Shown: positions 9,112 to 19,046 of the stretch, piece by piece
How the letters are laid out: each line of letters opens with the position of its first letter
Position numbering within the stretch: the stretch's first letter is position 1
From: a bacterium
Lineage (GTDB): Bacteria > UBA8248 > JACPRG01 > G963555815
Reading direction: 5' to 3'
NCBI GenBank assembly: GCA_965218795.1
Contig: OZ244653.1
Location: 1,696,001 to 1,760,000, forward strand
DNA: 64,000 nt
Translations under genes and position numbers: made by a program
Notes under the pieces: generated by a model
Told to the model about the DNA's origin: nothing
Database searches by the model: none
The model's input: only the letters and a program-made list of their open reading frames with translations

Positions 9112-10302
9112 TTACTCCCTGGCGAACAGGCAAAGGAGAAACCCGCATACGACAATCGCGCCTCCCAGGTAGAAGCCTCCTTCCAGCGACCCCGTGGTAT
9201 CCCGGATCCAGCCGGTCAGCACGGGCGCGACAATTCCCGACAACTGCCCGATACAATTCACGACCCCCATCGTGCTCCCCATGGCCTCGGGCTTGATGCG
9301 GCTCACCCGGTCGCCGATCCAGGCCACCATCACCGGCTCGACCGCCGGCTTGCCCAAAGCGCCGAAGGCTACGAGGGAAACCGCCAGCCACATCCTCGAA
9401 TGGGCGACGGACATCAGGAGGATGGCGGCAACAGCCAGGGGGAAGAGAATCACGCACAGCTTCCTGCGCCCGACCCTGTCGGAGATCCGTCCGACCCAGA
9501 CACTCGCGGGGATGGCCGCCGCGGCGTACAGAGCGGTATAGACGCCGGAATTCGTGAGATTCATGTTCCGTTCCGCCTGGAGGAACGACGGCCCCCAGCT
9601 CACGGCCAGCCAGAACCCGTACAAGGAGCAGAAGTTGGCCAGCATCACGAAGATGACGCTCTTGTCGAAGAAAACGGCGGTGATCTTCGCTTCGGATTTC
9701 TGTCGGGGAATATCCCGGAGGCGGAATCCGTAATAGACAGCGAGGGCCAGAGTCGGGGCCGTGAGGATGATGAACGGAAGCCTCCAGCTCTTCAGCGCGC
9801 CGTACAGCGGCCCGGCCAGGAGCAAGCCGAACCCCAGCCCTACGAACAGCCCGGTGAAAATCACCGCGCCGTTGAACGCGCGGCGCTCGGGGACGGACCG
9901 GGTCAGCATGTATCCGAAAGAACAGGGGAAATAGGCTCCGGCGCCCACGCCGTGAAGGGCCACGAACACGAGAAGAAGCCCGTACGTCACGCCGCCGAAT
10001 GCGATCCCCAACAGGGCGATACCCGCCAGGGCGTAAAATACCGTCAGGGTCTTCCGGTGCCCGAAGCGATCCGCCAGGACGCCGGCTGGAACCTGCATGA
10101 ACGCATAGGTGACGAAGAAGCTGCTCGTGATGGAGCCGATCTGAACTCCGGTCAGAGAGAACTCTTTTCCGATAATGGGCAGGAGGGGATAGAGAGCCGT
10201 CCGGTCGGCGTAAAGGACGGCCCAGCCGAGGAAGAAGACGAGAAGGTATCCGCCGGGTCGAACGCCTTCCGCGGCGGTGGACGGTCCGGCAGGAGATGTC
10301 AT
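9112..10302 (-). CDS. MFS transporter
   Basis: GVLADRFGHRK and GRISDRVGRRK motif A; about 12 hydrophobic segments. Confidence 0.9.
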   Translation of the reverse strand: MTSPAGPSTAAEGVRPGGYLLVFFLGWAVLYADRTALYPLLPIIGKEFSLTGVQIGSITSSFFVTYAFMQVPAGVLADRFGHRKTLTVFYALAGIALLGIAFGGVTYGLLLVFVALHGVGAGAYFPCSFGYMLTRSVPERRAFNGAVIFTGLFVGLGFGLLLAGPLYGALKSWRLPFIILTAPTLALAVYYGFRLRDIPRQKSEAKITAVFFDKSVIFVMLANFCSLYGFWLAVSWGPSFLQAERNMNLTNSGVYTALYAAAAIPASVWVGRISDRVGRRKLCVILFPLAVAAILLMSVAHSRMWLAVSLVAFGALGKPAVEPVMVAWIGDRVSRIKPEAMGSTMGVVNCIGQLSGIVAPVLTGWIRDTTGSLEGGFYLGGAIVVCGFLLCLFARE

Positions 10303-10413
10303 GCCAGGGTTTCCGGATCGCTGAAGCCAGAATCGCAACATGCTTTTCGAGAAACCATAGCACACACGTACCTTCAAGGATTGTCCCTCGCCGCCGGCCG
10401 GGGGATTCGGGCA

Positions 10414-10812
10414 TCAGGGTTCATTGGGGGATGACGCTTCAGTCTCCACCACCTCCTCCCTCGGCCTGGGCCTCAGCCTCCTGAGGCGAAACTCGCCGTC
10501 CAGCCGGCGGGCGGCGCGGCGGTAGAGCCGCTGCGGAATGGGGTGGGACAAACCCAGATCACGGCCCATCCGACGCCATGCCATAGGTTCGTTTCCCGGC
10601 GGGGGATGACGCCACCATACGATCTGTCGTTCTCGCTCCTCGAGAAGTTCGACCAGTTGCTCGACCTCGATGCAGAAGAGCCGCTTGTAATCCTCAGCCT
10701 GGCTCCTCCTCGCCTCCTGAATCTCCCTTGCGGTCAGACTCTTGAGCAAAGGCGAGGCCGCCGCGGCCTTCTCCTCCCAGTATCTCTCGAAGATTCCATC
10801 CACGTAGCTCAC
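10414..10812 (-). CDS. Sigma-70 region 4-like HTH protein (phage-type regulator)
   Basis: LLEERERQIVWWRH...MAWRRMGRDLGLSH...RLYRRAARRL. Confidence 0.55.
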   Translation of the reverse strand: MSYVDGIFERYWEEKAAAASPLLKSLTAREIQEARRSQAEDYKRLFCIEVEQLVELLEERERQIVWWRHPPPGNEPMAWRRMGRDLGLSHPIPQRLYRRAARRLDGEFRLRRLRPRPREEVVETEASSPNEP

Positions 10813-10995
10813 TGGCCCGCTCCATTTCCTCCTGGCAGGATTGACCCTCCTCCGGTCCCAACCGCGTTTCGTCCCAAAAAGGCTGAGAATGGCCGTTCAG
10901 ACAAAACGCCTCCTCGACTGCGCCCTCCAAAGCGAATGCCCGATATATCTGGACGGGAGCGTTGCAATGGGGAAATCCGGGATGGATGCAGCGCT

Positions 10996-12009
10996 TCATG
11001 GGCGCACCCTCTCCGTCCCCTTTTCCCTGCCGGATAACGGAGGCGGATGCGCGCGGGGTTCCCCCGATGGCGTTGCAACGGACCCGATCGACTTCGCCAC
11101 CCGATTGTGGAAGGGCTCGTACATTCGGAACTCATCGAACGCCCCGTCGAACTCTCCCGATCGGTTTCGTTGGATATCCAGAAATTGCGGGATGTAATAG
11201 CGGCCTTCCGAGCCCTCAGCGACCGACGCGGTCAACCTGGCGCGAACATCCGAAATCCGGGCCACCCTCATTCGAATCACCGAGACCACGAATCTCCGGA
11301 ACGGCTTGACGGCCGTCCCTTGAAAACCAATCAGGTATGGCAGGCGATCATCCGGATCGAGAAACAGGAGCTCGTAATATTCACGACACTCCGGGGGGGC
11401 CTCTTGCGACCAGCGCGCGAAGGGGCAGGCGGCCCGCCAGCGGCCGTCGATCATCCGCCCGCAAACACGGCTCGGGGGTTCGCCCCGCCGATCCATCCAG
11501 AAGACAGGATCGGGAACGGAATTATCGGCCGAACGGCAACAGGGGCCGCCTTGGTGATTTTCGGTCCACAGAACCCGCCCCTTCCAGACTCTGAGCGGGA
11601 CAACCTTCAATGCCTGGCGGATACCGCGACCATCGCTCGCATCCGCCGCTCCAGCCAGTTGCAGTTGGAAGAGCCCCGGGACTTCCTCTTCCGAACAAGT
11701 GTTGGGCTGCGTCAACTTGTACCTGGGGATGAAGAAGTCGGTTTCATCCAGGGCTTCACAGCCGGCCGGCCGATCCAGGTATGAAAGAAGGCCTGGCTCT
11801 GTCCTCCGGTTCCATTGATTCGTCGGCCCTTCCGCTGTGGGAGCGGAAGGACGACGGTGGAATTGCGAATTCCCGCGTTCGGCGGACCCAAAGGACTGGG
11901 GCTGACCCGTGCTCACACCGTCTCCTCCGACTCTCATAGCGCCTGCCCTCCTGAATCGAGACTGCCTGTTGCGTTCAAGAACAAGGTCATCCGGAACAGC
12001 AAGTGACAC
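10996..12009 (-). CDS. Phage-like putative ssDNA-binding protein with Cys cluster
   Basis: IPRYKLTQP, RVLW...CCRSADN...C...CPFARW...PPEC...YYIPQF pattern recalled from phage replication-module proteins; start uncertain. Confidence 0.5.
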   Translation of the reverse strand: MSLAVPDDLVLERNRQSRFRRAGAMRVGGDGVSTGQPQSFGSAERGNSQFHRRPSAPTAEGPTNQWNRRTEPGLLSYLDRPAGCEALDETDFFIPRYKLTQPNTCSEEEVPGLFQLQLAGAADASDGRGIRQALKVVPLRVWKGRVLWTENHQGGPCCRSADNSVPDPVFWMDRRGEPPSRVCGRMIDGRWRAACPFARWSQEAPPECREYYELLFLDPDDRLPYLIGFQGTAVKPFRRFVVSVIRMRVARISDVRARLTASVAEGSEGRYYIPQFLDIQRNRSGEFDGAFDEFRMYEPFHNRVAKSIGSVATPSGEPRAHPPPLSGREKGTERVRP

Positions 12010-12012
12010 GGG

Positions 12013-12165
12013 TCAGTTCCTTCCATGCTCGCCCACGGCAAACTGTATGGCAGCCAGGGCCAGCACGGCCTGGATCATCCCAAAGGTTTCCAGCCCGTCT
12101 CTTGCGGCGAGCGCGCAGCATGCAGGACAGAAACACCTGGGAATGAGGACATGGACAGGCTCCAT
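12013..12165 (-). CDS. Small Cys-rich hypothetical protein (50 aa)
   Basis: AAGGGAG RBS, CFCPACC motif; stop lies 3 nt before the next start. Confidence 0.4.
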   Translation of the reverse strand: MEPVHVLIPRCFCPACCALAARDGLETFGMIQAVLALAAIQFAVGEHGRN

Positions 12166-12339
12166 ATTTCGCTCCCTTTCCGTTGAGTGTTCAATCGCCA
12201 TAACGGGCCGAAGAATGCCGGACGACCCTCCGCGCCTCGATGCCATGACCGGATGACGAACAAAATACGAATATCATCTTCAAAAAAAATCGGTACATCA
12301 GTCAAAAACGGAGATGGACAAATAACGCAATGTCAAATA

Positions 12340-12406
12340 TGTCATCTTATGACAAAAATGTCAATTGATTTTTTCGAGAAAAAGGGCAATTTTGTCATTA
12401 TGACAA
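12340..12406. promoter_or_regulatory. Putative repressor operators (TGTCAT/ATGACA palindromes)
   Basis: TGTCAT-CTT-ATGACA at 12340-12354 and TTGTCAT-T-ATGACAA at 12392-12406 in an AT-rich divergent region. Confidence 0.55.
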
Positions 12407-13104
12407 TCGGGTCTGAAATCAAGAGGTTGCGTCATGCCCGCGGGATGACCCAGCAAATGCTGGCGAAAAAGGCGTCCGTTCAGATCCGCCACATCTCGCG
12501 CCTTGAGAATGACAAACACTCCCCCACAACCGAATTGCTGGAGCGAATCGCCGGGGCCTTGGGCGTATCCCCCCGCGATTTCTGGCCGAAGCCGGTGGCG
12601 GACGGTTCTTACAAGGCTGCCGGCCGACTCAAAGCCGACGGAGATAAACCGACGTCCCCGCCCTGGACGGTCGCCGAAGAGCCGGACACGGCCGAAATCG
12701 GGAGCGGCCGGACTCTCATTCCCGTGGTCGGCCATGTGTCGGGGGGTGAATCGGAAAACCTTTGGGGCGACGGTGACTTTCCGGTTGGCGCGGGATTCGA
12801 TCACATGGCAGGTCCGACCGACCTGACCGAAGCGAACGCCTTCGCGTTGGAAATCCGGGGGGACTCCATGGCGCCGGTGTTCCGGGACGGCGCCATCGTC
12901 ATCGTCTCACCCAACCAGGCCGCCAACTCCGGCGACTTTGCCGTTGTCCGGACGAAGGGGGGCCAGAGTTACTTCAAGATGGTCTGGATTGAATCCGATC
13001 AGGTCCGACTGACGTCCATCAACACCGCCGAGCCGCCCATGGTGTTCGGCAAGGGGGACGTCCGGTGGATCTATCCGGTCGTTTGGGCCAGGCTCCGGCG
13101 GTAG
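12400..13104 (+). CDS. CI/LexA-like repressor (XRE HTH + S24 peptidase)
   Basis: IKRLRHARGMTQQMLA HTH; IPVVGHVSGG cleavage region; GDSM Ser and FK Lys catalytic dyad. Confidence 0.9.
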   Translation: MTIGSEIKRLRHARGMTQQMLAKKASVQIRHISRLENDKHSPTTELLERIAGALGVSPRDFWPKPVADGSYKAAGRLKADGDKPTSPPWTVAEEPDTAEIGSGRTLIPVVGHVSGGESENLWGDGDFPVGAGFDHMAGPTDLTEANAFALEIRGDSMAPVFRDGAIVIVSPNQAANSGDFAVVRTKGGQSYFKMVWIESDQVRLTSINTAEPPMVFGKGDVRWIYPVVWARLRR

Positions 13105-13641
13105 GCCGGCCCATGAGGGATTCATGACCTGCGGGTTTCAGGAAGCCCCGTTGATGCGGTCCGCGTGATTCTCGTTTTGTCCTTCCCGCCCCCAAACGCT
13201 TCTGTCGGGGAGGGGAAGGACAAACGAACCGGCCAGTGCTGGATTCCTGCTTGCGCAGGAATGACAAGCCGGCTTGCCCCGCGGTTTCATGCGGGGGTCA
13301 GCTACCAGCCGGACCGCAGAAATAACGGGTTGGGGGCCTTGTAGCGGGTGCGGAGACCCCACCCCTACATTCTCATTCCTGCCGCTACCCGCCCTCAACC
13401 TGTCGTCGGGAGCAGGGATGTCGCGCGGGAGGTCCGCGTGGCTCGATTCCGTCATTCCTGCGCAAGCTCAACACATGCAGGGGAGGCTCGCAGGAATCCA
13501 TGCAGCACAACGGAGGCTCCACGGAAATGACAAGCCGGGGAGGGCCAAAGGGAAGGCGGCCGGCGACGCATCGCGGCGCGTCGGTGACGGCGCTGTTCCG
13601 AATCACCTGTTCCCTGAGCGCATCGGACCATCACGCATACG

Positions 13642-13755
13642 TTGACAAAGCAACCTGAAAAAGCTTATCTTTCGGCTCCGGTTCGGGAGGCGGATCGAGT
13701 TCCGTCTCTGGCCAGGCTTCAGGCCGAATGCGATGGATCCACCCGAACCGGAGCC
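13642..13755 (+). ncRNA. Sigma70-like promoter followed by a candidate ~82-nt structured RNA/leader
   Basis: TTGACA-N18-TATCTT, then a perfect 14-bp closing stem 13674-13687/13742-13755 with internal hairpins. Confidence 0.4.
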
Positions 13756-13796
13756 TCGAATCTCCCGGTCCATCCAGCCTGCCTATGGTCCTGCCC

Positions 13797-13968
13797 ATGA
13801 GCGATTCCACGCCAACGGGGGGGGCGCGCGGCCCCGCAATCCGGCGAAAAGTTCGACCGGCTGAAGGTCCTGCTGCGGGAGATGTTCCAACTCGACCGGG
13901 GCGACCTGGACTTCGGCCTCTAGCCGATGTCTACAACCATCTCGCCAATCTCTTCGCACGCCGTCACC
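13797..13968 (+). pseudogene. 5' remnant of an older type III mod allele
   Basis: Near-identical to about 15547-15639 and 15878-15916, with an internal deletion; differences mostly at third codon positions. Confidence 0.85.
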
Positions 13969-14034
13969 TCTCTTGATGCCGGGATTCCGTTTGCTTTGCA
14001 CTCGAATACCGATAAAATGTTACCTATCAGGTAA

Positions 14035-14388
14035 TTGAAATTAGACGATCTCGTGGAAATTGCCTTTCGGAACCGAAAGCTCGCTAAAACGTTCAACTCT
14101 GCCGGCGCTCTCCGGGAGGCATACGGCGACCCCATGGCGGGGACGATAATGAATCGCCTCGCGGTTCTCAAGAACGCCAAAACGTTGTCCCTGGTGCCGA
14201 CAACCAAGCCGGAGCGGCGACACCAGCTGAAAGGCAAACGGAAAGAACAGTACGCCGTCGATCTCGTACACCCCCACCGGCTGGTTTTCAAACCAAACCA
14301 TGAACCGCTTCCGCGTAAAGCGGACGGAGGGATCGACACGGATCAGGTAACTGCAATCACCATCATCGAAGTCGTCGATTATCACTGA
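14035..14388 (+). CDS. HigB/RelE-like toxin (killer suppression type)
   Basis: RHQLKGKRKEQYAVDLVHPHRLVF...IIEVVDYH; operator-like TTACCT-ATC-AGGTAA at 14020-14034. Confidence 0.85.
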   Translation: MKLDDLVEIAFRNRKLAKTFNSAGALREAYGDPMAGTIMNRLAVLKNAKTLSLVPTTKPERRHQLKGKRKEQYAVDLVHPHRLVFKPNHEPLPRKADGGIDTDQVTAITIIEVVDYH

Positions 14389-14402
14389 AGGAGGGTAACG
14401 AC

Positions 14403-15503
14403 ATGGCGGCGGAGACCCATCAATACCGGCCCGACTACGCCGTCTCGCCGGGAGCTGTTCTGGGGGAGCGCCTTGAGGCGCACGGCATCTCGCACGCCGA
14501 GTTCGCCCGGCGGTGCGGCCGTTCCGCAAAGCTCATCAGCGAGATCATTTCGGGGAAGGCGCCGGTTGAGCCGTGTACTGCGCTGCAATTCGAGAAAGTC
14601 CTGGGAGTCGATGCGGGCATCTGGCTGGGCATTGAAACGGATTATCAGCTCCATCGGGCGCGCGAGGCTGAAACGAAAGAGGCGGAAGCATCCGTTTCCT
14701 GGGCAAAGACGGTTCCTTTTAAGGAATTGGTGAAGCGGGGGCTGATAGAGAAGCCTTCCTCTGATTCGGACGCAGTGTCAAAGCTGCTGGCCTTCTTCGG
14801 GGTCGGATCGGTCGAGGCGTGGCGGATGAAGTACAAACCAATGAACGTCGCGTATCGGCATTCGTCCAGCTTTGCGAGCGATGGAACGGCGCTGGCAGCG
14901 TGGCTCCGGCTTGGCGAACTGGAGGCGGAACAGCAGGAGTGCGCCGATTACGATAAGGCTCGGTTCAAGCGGGCGTTGAGGGAGATCCGCGGACTTACGC
15001 GAACGCCGGTAGTGCGCGCCCTGAGACAGGCGCAGCAACTCTGCAACGCCGCCGGCGTTGTACTGGCGCTGATCAAACCTTTCCCGAGGACCGTTCTCAG
15101 CGGCGCCGCTTGGTGGCTGACCCCTCGGAAGGCCGTGATTGCCCTCAGCGCACGCCATAAGACGGACGATCACTTGTGGTTCAGCCTGTTCCACGAGGCG
15201 GCCCACGTCCGCCTGCACAGCAAAAAGAACATCTTTATCGACGGGACGGAAGCGAATGAGGAGACCGCTGACATCGAGTCGAAAGCCGATCAATGGGCCT
15301 CGAATTTTCTCATCCCGCATGGCGACTGGAAGCAGTTTGTTACGTCACGCCCTCTTGGCGAGACGGCTGTTCGCCGGTTCGCCGATGAGCAGGAAATAGC
15401 CCCGGGCATCATTGTCGGAAGGCTCCAGCATGAAGGCCGCCGGTCCTGGCAGACCCCTTTGAACAAATTGAAAGCGCGGCTGAGGTGGAAGGCGGCATCA
15501 TGA
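14403..15503 (+). CDS. HigA-family antitoxin fused to ImmA/IrrE metallopeptidase
   Basis: YAVSPG HTH N-terminus; WFSLFHEAAH HEXXH; E.KADQWA. Confidence 0.9.
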   Translation: MAAETHQYRPDYAVSPGAVLGERLEAHGISHAEFARRCGRSAKLISEIISGKAPVEPCTALQFEKVLGVDAGIWLGIETDYQLHRAREAETKEAEASVSWAKTVPFKELVKRGLIEKPSSDSDAVSKLLAFFGVGSVEAWRMKYKPMNVAYRHSSSFASDGTALAAWLRLGELEAEQQECADYDKARFKRALREIRGLTRTPVVRALRQAQQLCNAAGVVLALIKPFPRTVLSGAAWWLTPRKAVIALSARHKTDDHLWFSLFHEAAHVRLHSKKNIFIDGTEANEETADIESKADQWASNFLIPHGDWKQFVTSRPLGETAVRRFADEQEIAPGIIVGRLQHEGRRSWQTPLNKLKARLRWKAAS

Positions 15504-18500
15504 GCGGCCCAACGGCGTCAAGAGCGGGGAGGGAGGGGATACAGCAGGCCCCGCAATCCGGGGAAAAGTTCGACCGGCTGAAGGCCCTGCTGCGGGAGAT
15601 GTTCCAACTCGACCGGGGCGACCTCGATTTCGGCCTGTACCGGATCATGAGCCTGAAGGCCGGCGAGATCGCGGCGTTCCTCGACGACGCCCTGCTGCCG
15701 CAGGTGAAGACGACGCTGGCGGGGATCGCAGACGACGATCGGGCCGCACTGGAAAAGGAGCTCGAAGCCGCGCTCGCGGCGGCCCGGGACCTGGGAGGCA
15801 TCGATCCGGAAAAGACCGAGAAGGTCAAGGGCTTGCGCGCGCAACTGGCCGAAGCGCGGGCGGACGCGGAAGCCGAGGCGGACGTCTGCAACCACCTCGC
15901 CAACTTCTTCGCCCGCTACTACGACGGAGGCGATTTCATGTCGCTACGCCGCTATTCGGGCGGCGGGGGATCGGCCTATCTGATCCCCTACGACGGCGAG
16001 GAAGTGAAGCTGCACTGGGCCAACGCGGACCAGTACTACGTCAAGACCACGGAGAACTACGCCTCCTACGCCTTCACGGTCGAAGAAGGCCGGCGCGTCC
16101 GGTTCGAGATCGCGGCGGCGGACAACGAGAAGGACAACGTCAAGGAAGCCGACGGCAAACAGCGCCGCTTCGCGCTCGCCGGCGGCAAGGGCGTCGTCGA
16201 AGGCGACGATCTGGTCGTCCGATTCGAGCACCGGCCCCTGACGGAGAGCGAGAAGAAGAACTGGCCCGGCAACAGGCAGCAGGGCCGGATGAACGAGGCG
16301 GCAGTCGAGCGGATTCTGAACGCGGTGGACCCGGACTGGCGGGCTCTGCTGGCCGCGCCGGCCCCGACGGAGGCCGACCCCGAGCGCACGGCGCTGGCCA
16401 AGCACGTCGAACGCTACACGGCCAAGAACAGCTTCGACTATTTCATCCACAAGGACCTGGGCGGGTTCCTGCGCCGCGAACTGGACCTCTACCTGAAAAC
16501 CGAAGTCCTGAACCTGGACGACCTGGCGCTTGGCGACGCCGCCCGGCTGCGCCGGGCGCTGGCGCGCGTGCGCACCGTCCGCCGCGTGGCCGAAAAGATC
16601 ATCGCTTTCCTGGCGCAGTTGGAAGACTTCCAGAAGCGGCTCTGGCTCAAGAAGAAGTTCGCGCTGGAAACGCAGTATTGCGTCACGCTCGACCGGGCGC
16701 CGGAAACGCTCTATCCCGAGATAGCCGCCAACGCGGCGCAGCGCGAGGAATGGGTCGAGCTGTTCGCCATCGACGAGATCGCTGGCGACCTCGGCAACGG
16801 CAACGCGGGCTACGGCGAGCCGCTGAGCGTCGGGTTTCTCAAGGCCAACCCCTTCCTGGTCCTGGACACGCGGCATTTCGACGCGGATTTCACGGACCGG
16901 CTTCTGGCGGCCCTGTCCGACGCCGGACCGCTGGACGAACAGATGGACGGATTGCTCGTTCACGGCGAGAACTTCCAGGTGCTGAACCTGTTGCAGGCGC
17001 GTTACGCGGAGCAGATTCAGTGTGTGTACATCGACCCGCCGTACAACACGGGTAGCGACGGTTTCATTTATCGCGACCAGTATCAGCACTCCACTTGGCT
17101 TACAATGTTGAATAACAGACTGCCGATAACTCGAAGACTTCTTTCTACAAACGGTATATTCTTTTCTCGCATTGACGAAATTGAACAACCACTTCTGAGA
17201 TTGCTTCTGGATAACAACTTTGGTGGGACTAATCGCATCGCAAACATGGTATGGAAGGGAGCGACCGACAATAACCCAACGCGCATTGCGACGGAACACG
17301 AGTATCTGGTTTGGTACGCCAAAGAACTCTCGAATGTCTCATCGGTATGGAAGAGCTCCGTTGTCGATGCAAAGAACCTATTGCTGGAGGAGTGGGAACG
17401 CCTCCGTAGATCGTACAATAAGTTATCCGAAATTCAGACTCAGTATCGAAGGTTCATTAGGCACAATAGAGAAATATTGTCTCCACTCACCCACTATGAT
17501 CGTATCGACGAAGAAGGACCATACACTGGTGGACGGAAAGTTCATAACCCAGGCAAGGAAGGATATCGCTATGATGTGACACACCCGAAGACGGGTAACC
17601 CATGCGTACAGCCAGCGAGAGGCTATCGGTTTCCGCCCGACACCATGAAAAGGCTACTTGACCAAGACAAGATTATCTTTGGTGACGACGAGAATCAGAT
17701 CATCCAGATCAAGGAATACTTGCGGGATTATGACGGTGGATTGAAGGGCCTGATCGAACTAGACGGAAGAGTCGGTGCGAATGTGTTGGAATCGTTGTTT
17801 GGCTCACGAGAGGTGTTCAAGAATCCCAAGCCCGTCGAACTGCTCGTCAATCTACTTGGTTTCGCTGCGTTCCCAGGTCAGCACGTCTTGGATTTCTTGG
17901 CCGGTTCGGGGACCACTGGCCACGCGGTCATCGACCTGAATCGTCAAAATGGTGGAAGGCGCAAATACATCCTGGTCGAGATGGGAGAGCATTTCGACGC
18001 GGTGATGTTGCCTCGCCTCAAGAAGGTCGTCCATTCGCCGGACTGGAGGGCCGGCAAGCCGGTATCGCGTGACGGTTCCACGCAATTCTTCAAATATGTC
18101 CGCCTGGAATCCTACGAGGACACGCTGGACGGCCTGGAGCTGACGCCGCCGGTCTCCGCGCAACAGGATTTGCCAGCGCGGAATCCCGCGCTGGCCGAGG
18201 ATTACCGCCTGCGTTACGCCCTCGGCGTGGAAACGGTCGGCAGTCCCTGTCTGCTGGGCAAGGATTTCGTTGATCCCCTCGCCTACACGCTCTCCGTCGT
18301 GCGCGACGGCGCGCGCCGCGAAGTCCCGGTGGACCTGCCCGAGACCTTCAACTGGCTGATCGGCCTGCGCGTCGAGTCCCGCCGAAGAATCGACGGCGTG
18401 CTCGCCATCGCGGGCGCGGACCCCGAGGGGCGCAAGTGCCTGATCCTCTGGCGCAGCCTTGAGGAGACCGACAACGCCGCGCTGGAAGCATGGTTCGCCC

Positions 18501-18649
18501 GCCACCGGGCGCGCTTCCCCGAGGCCCCCGATCTCGTCTACGCCAACGGCGACCACACCCTGAACGCAGTCAGACCGCCGGACGAGACCTGGACCGCCGA
18601 GACCATCGAGCCGGTATTTCGGGAATTGATGTTCGGGGGAGGGGAATGA
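15500..18649 (+). CDS. mod: Type III RM modification subunit (N6-adenine MTase)
   Basis: DLDFGLYRI, LHWANADQYYVKT, YIDPPYNTG, LDFLAGSGTTGHA, RLESYEDTL; upstream of res. Confidence 0.9.
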   Translation: MSGPTASRAGREGIQQAPQSGEKFDRLKALLREMFQLDRGDLDFGLYRIMSLKAGEIAAFLDDALLPQVKTTLAGIADDDRAALEKELEAALAAARDLGGIDPEKTEKVKGLRAQLAEARADAEAEADVCNHLANFFARYYDGGDFMSLRRYSGGGGSAYLIPYDGEEVKLHWANADQYYVKTTENYASYAFTVEEGRRVRFEIAAADNEKDNVKEADGKQRRFALAGGKGVVEGDDLVVRFEHRPLTESEKKNWPGNRQQGRMNEAAVERILNAVDPDWRALLAAPAPTEADPERTALAKHVERYTAKNSFDYFIHKDLGGFLRRELDLYLKTEVLNLDDLALGDAARLRRALARVRTVRRVAEKIIAFLAQLEDFQKRLWLKKKFALETQYCVTLDRAPETLYPEIAANAAQREEWVELFAIDEIAGDLGNGNAGYGEPLSVGFLKANPFLVLDTRHFDADFTDRLLAALSDAGPLDEQMDGLLVHGENFQVLNLLQARYAEQIQCVYIDPPYNTGSDGFIYRDQYQHSTWLTMLNNRLPITRRLLSTNGIFFSRIDEIEQPLLRLLLDNNFGGTNRIANMVWKGATDNNPTRIATEHEYLVWYAKELSNVSSVWKSSVVDAKNLLLEEWERLRRSYNKLSEIQTQYRRFIRHNREILSPLTHYDRIDEEGPYTGGRKVHNPGKEGYRYDVTHPKTGNPCVQPARGYRFPPDTMKRLLDQDKIIFGDDENQIIQIKEYLRDYDGGLKGLIELDGRVGANVLESLFGSREVFKNPKPVELLVNLLGFAAFPGQHVLDFLAGSGTTGHAVIDLNRQNGGRRKYILVEMGEHFDAVMLPRLKKVVHSPDWRAGKPVSRDGSTQFFKYVRLESYEDTLDGLELTPPVSAQQDLPARNPALAEDYRLRYALGVETVGSPCLLGKDFVDPLAYTLSVVRDGARREVPVDLPETFNWLIGLRVESRRRIDGVLAIAGADPEGRKCLILWRSLEETDNAALEAWFARHRARFPEAPDLVYANGDHTLNAVRPPDETWTAETIEPVFRELMFGGGE

Positions 18650-18725
18650 CGGCCATAGGCGCTCCCAATCCTGGAATATCGTCATGGGGCGTTCTTCCCA
18701 GGCCTGCCCGAGCGGACAGACGTTC

Positions 18726-18756
18726 TTGACACTGTAACATAACGTGTTACTATTCG
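18726..18756 (+). promoter_or_regulatory. higBA promoter/operator
   Basis: TTGACA -35 with palindrome GTAACA-N5-TGTTAC overlapping the -10. Confidence 0.65.
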
Positions 18757-18758
18757 AC

Positions 18759-19034
18759 ATGATCCAGAGCTTCCGGCACAAAGGTCTCGCCGAGTTGTTC
18801 GAACGGGGCCGCAGTCGTCATGTTCAGCCGAGTTTCCATGCGCGTTGCTTGCGTCGGCTGGAAGTTCTGGACCAGGCCGAATCGTTGGCTGACTTGCACG
18901 TCCCGGGATTTAATTTTCATGGTCTCCGCGGAGTGCCTCAACGCTACAGCATCCACGTCAACGGCCCGTTGTGCATCACGTTTGCATGGCAGGAGGGCGA
19001 GGCGCTGCTGGTCGATCTTGAACAATATCATTGA
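18759..19034 (+). CDS. higB: HigB toxin
   Basis: MIQSFRHKGL...FHGLRG...YSIHVNGP..ITF...DLEQYH. Confidence 0.9.
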   Translation: MIQSFRHKGLAELFERGRSRHVQPSFHARCLRRLEVLDQAESLADLHVPGFNFHGLRGVPQRYSIHVNGPLCITFAWQEGEALLVDLEQYH

Positions 19035-19046
19035 GGAGAAGAAGGA

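Noticed and set aside
10414-13104. Complete prophage
   Set aside because: No integrase, replication, packaging or structural genes; flanks are MFS and RM/TA genes
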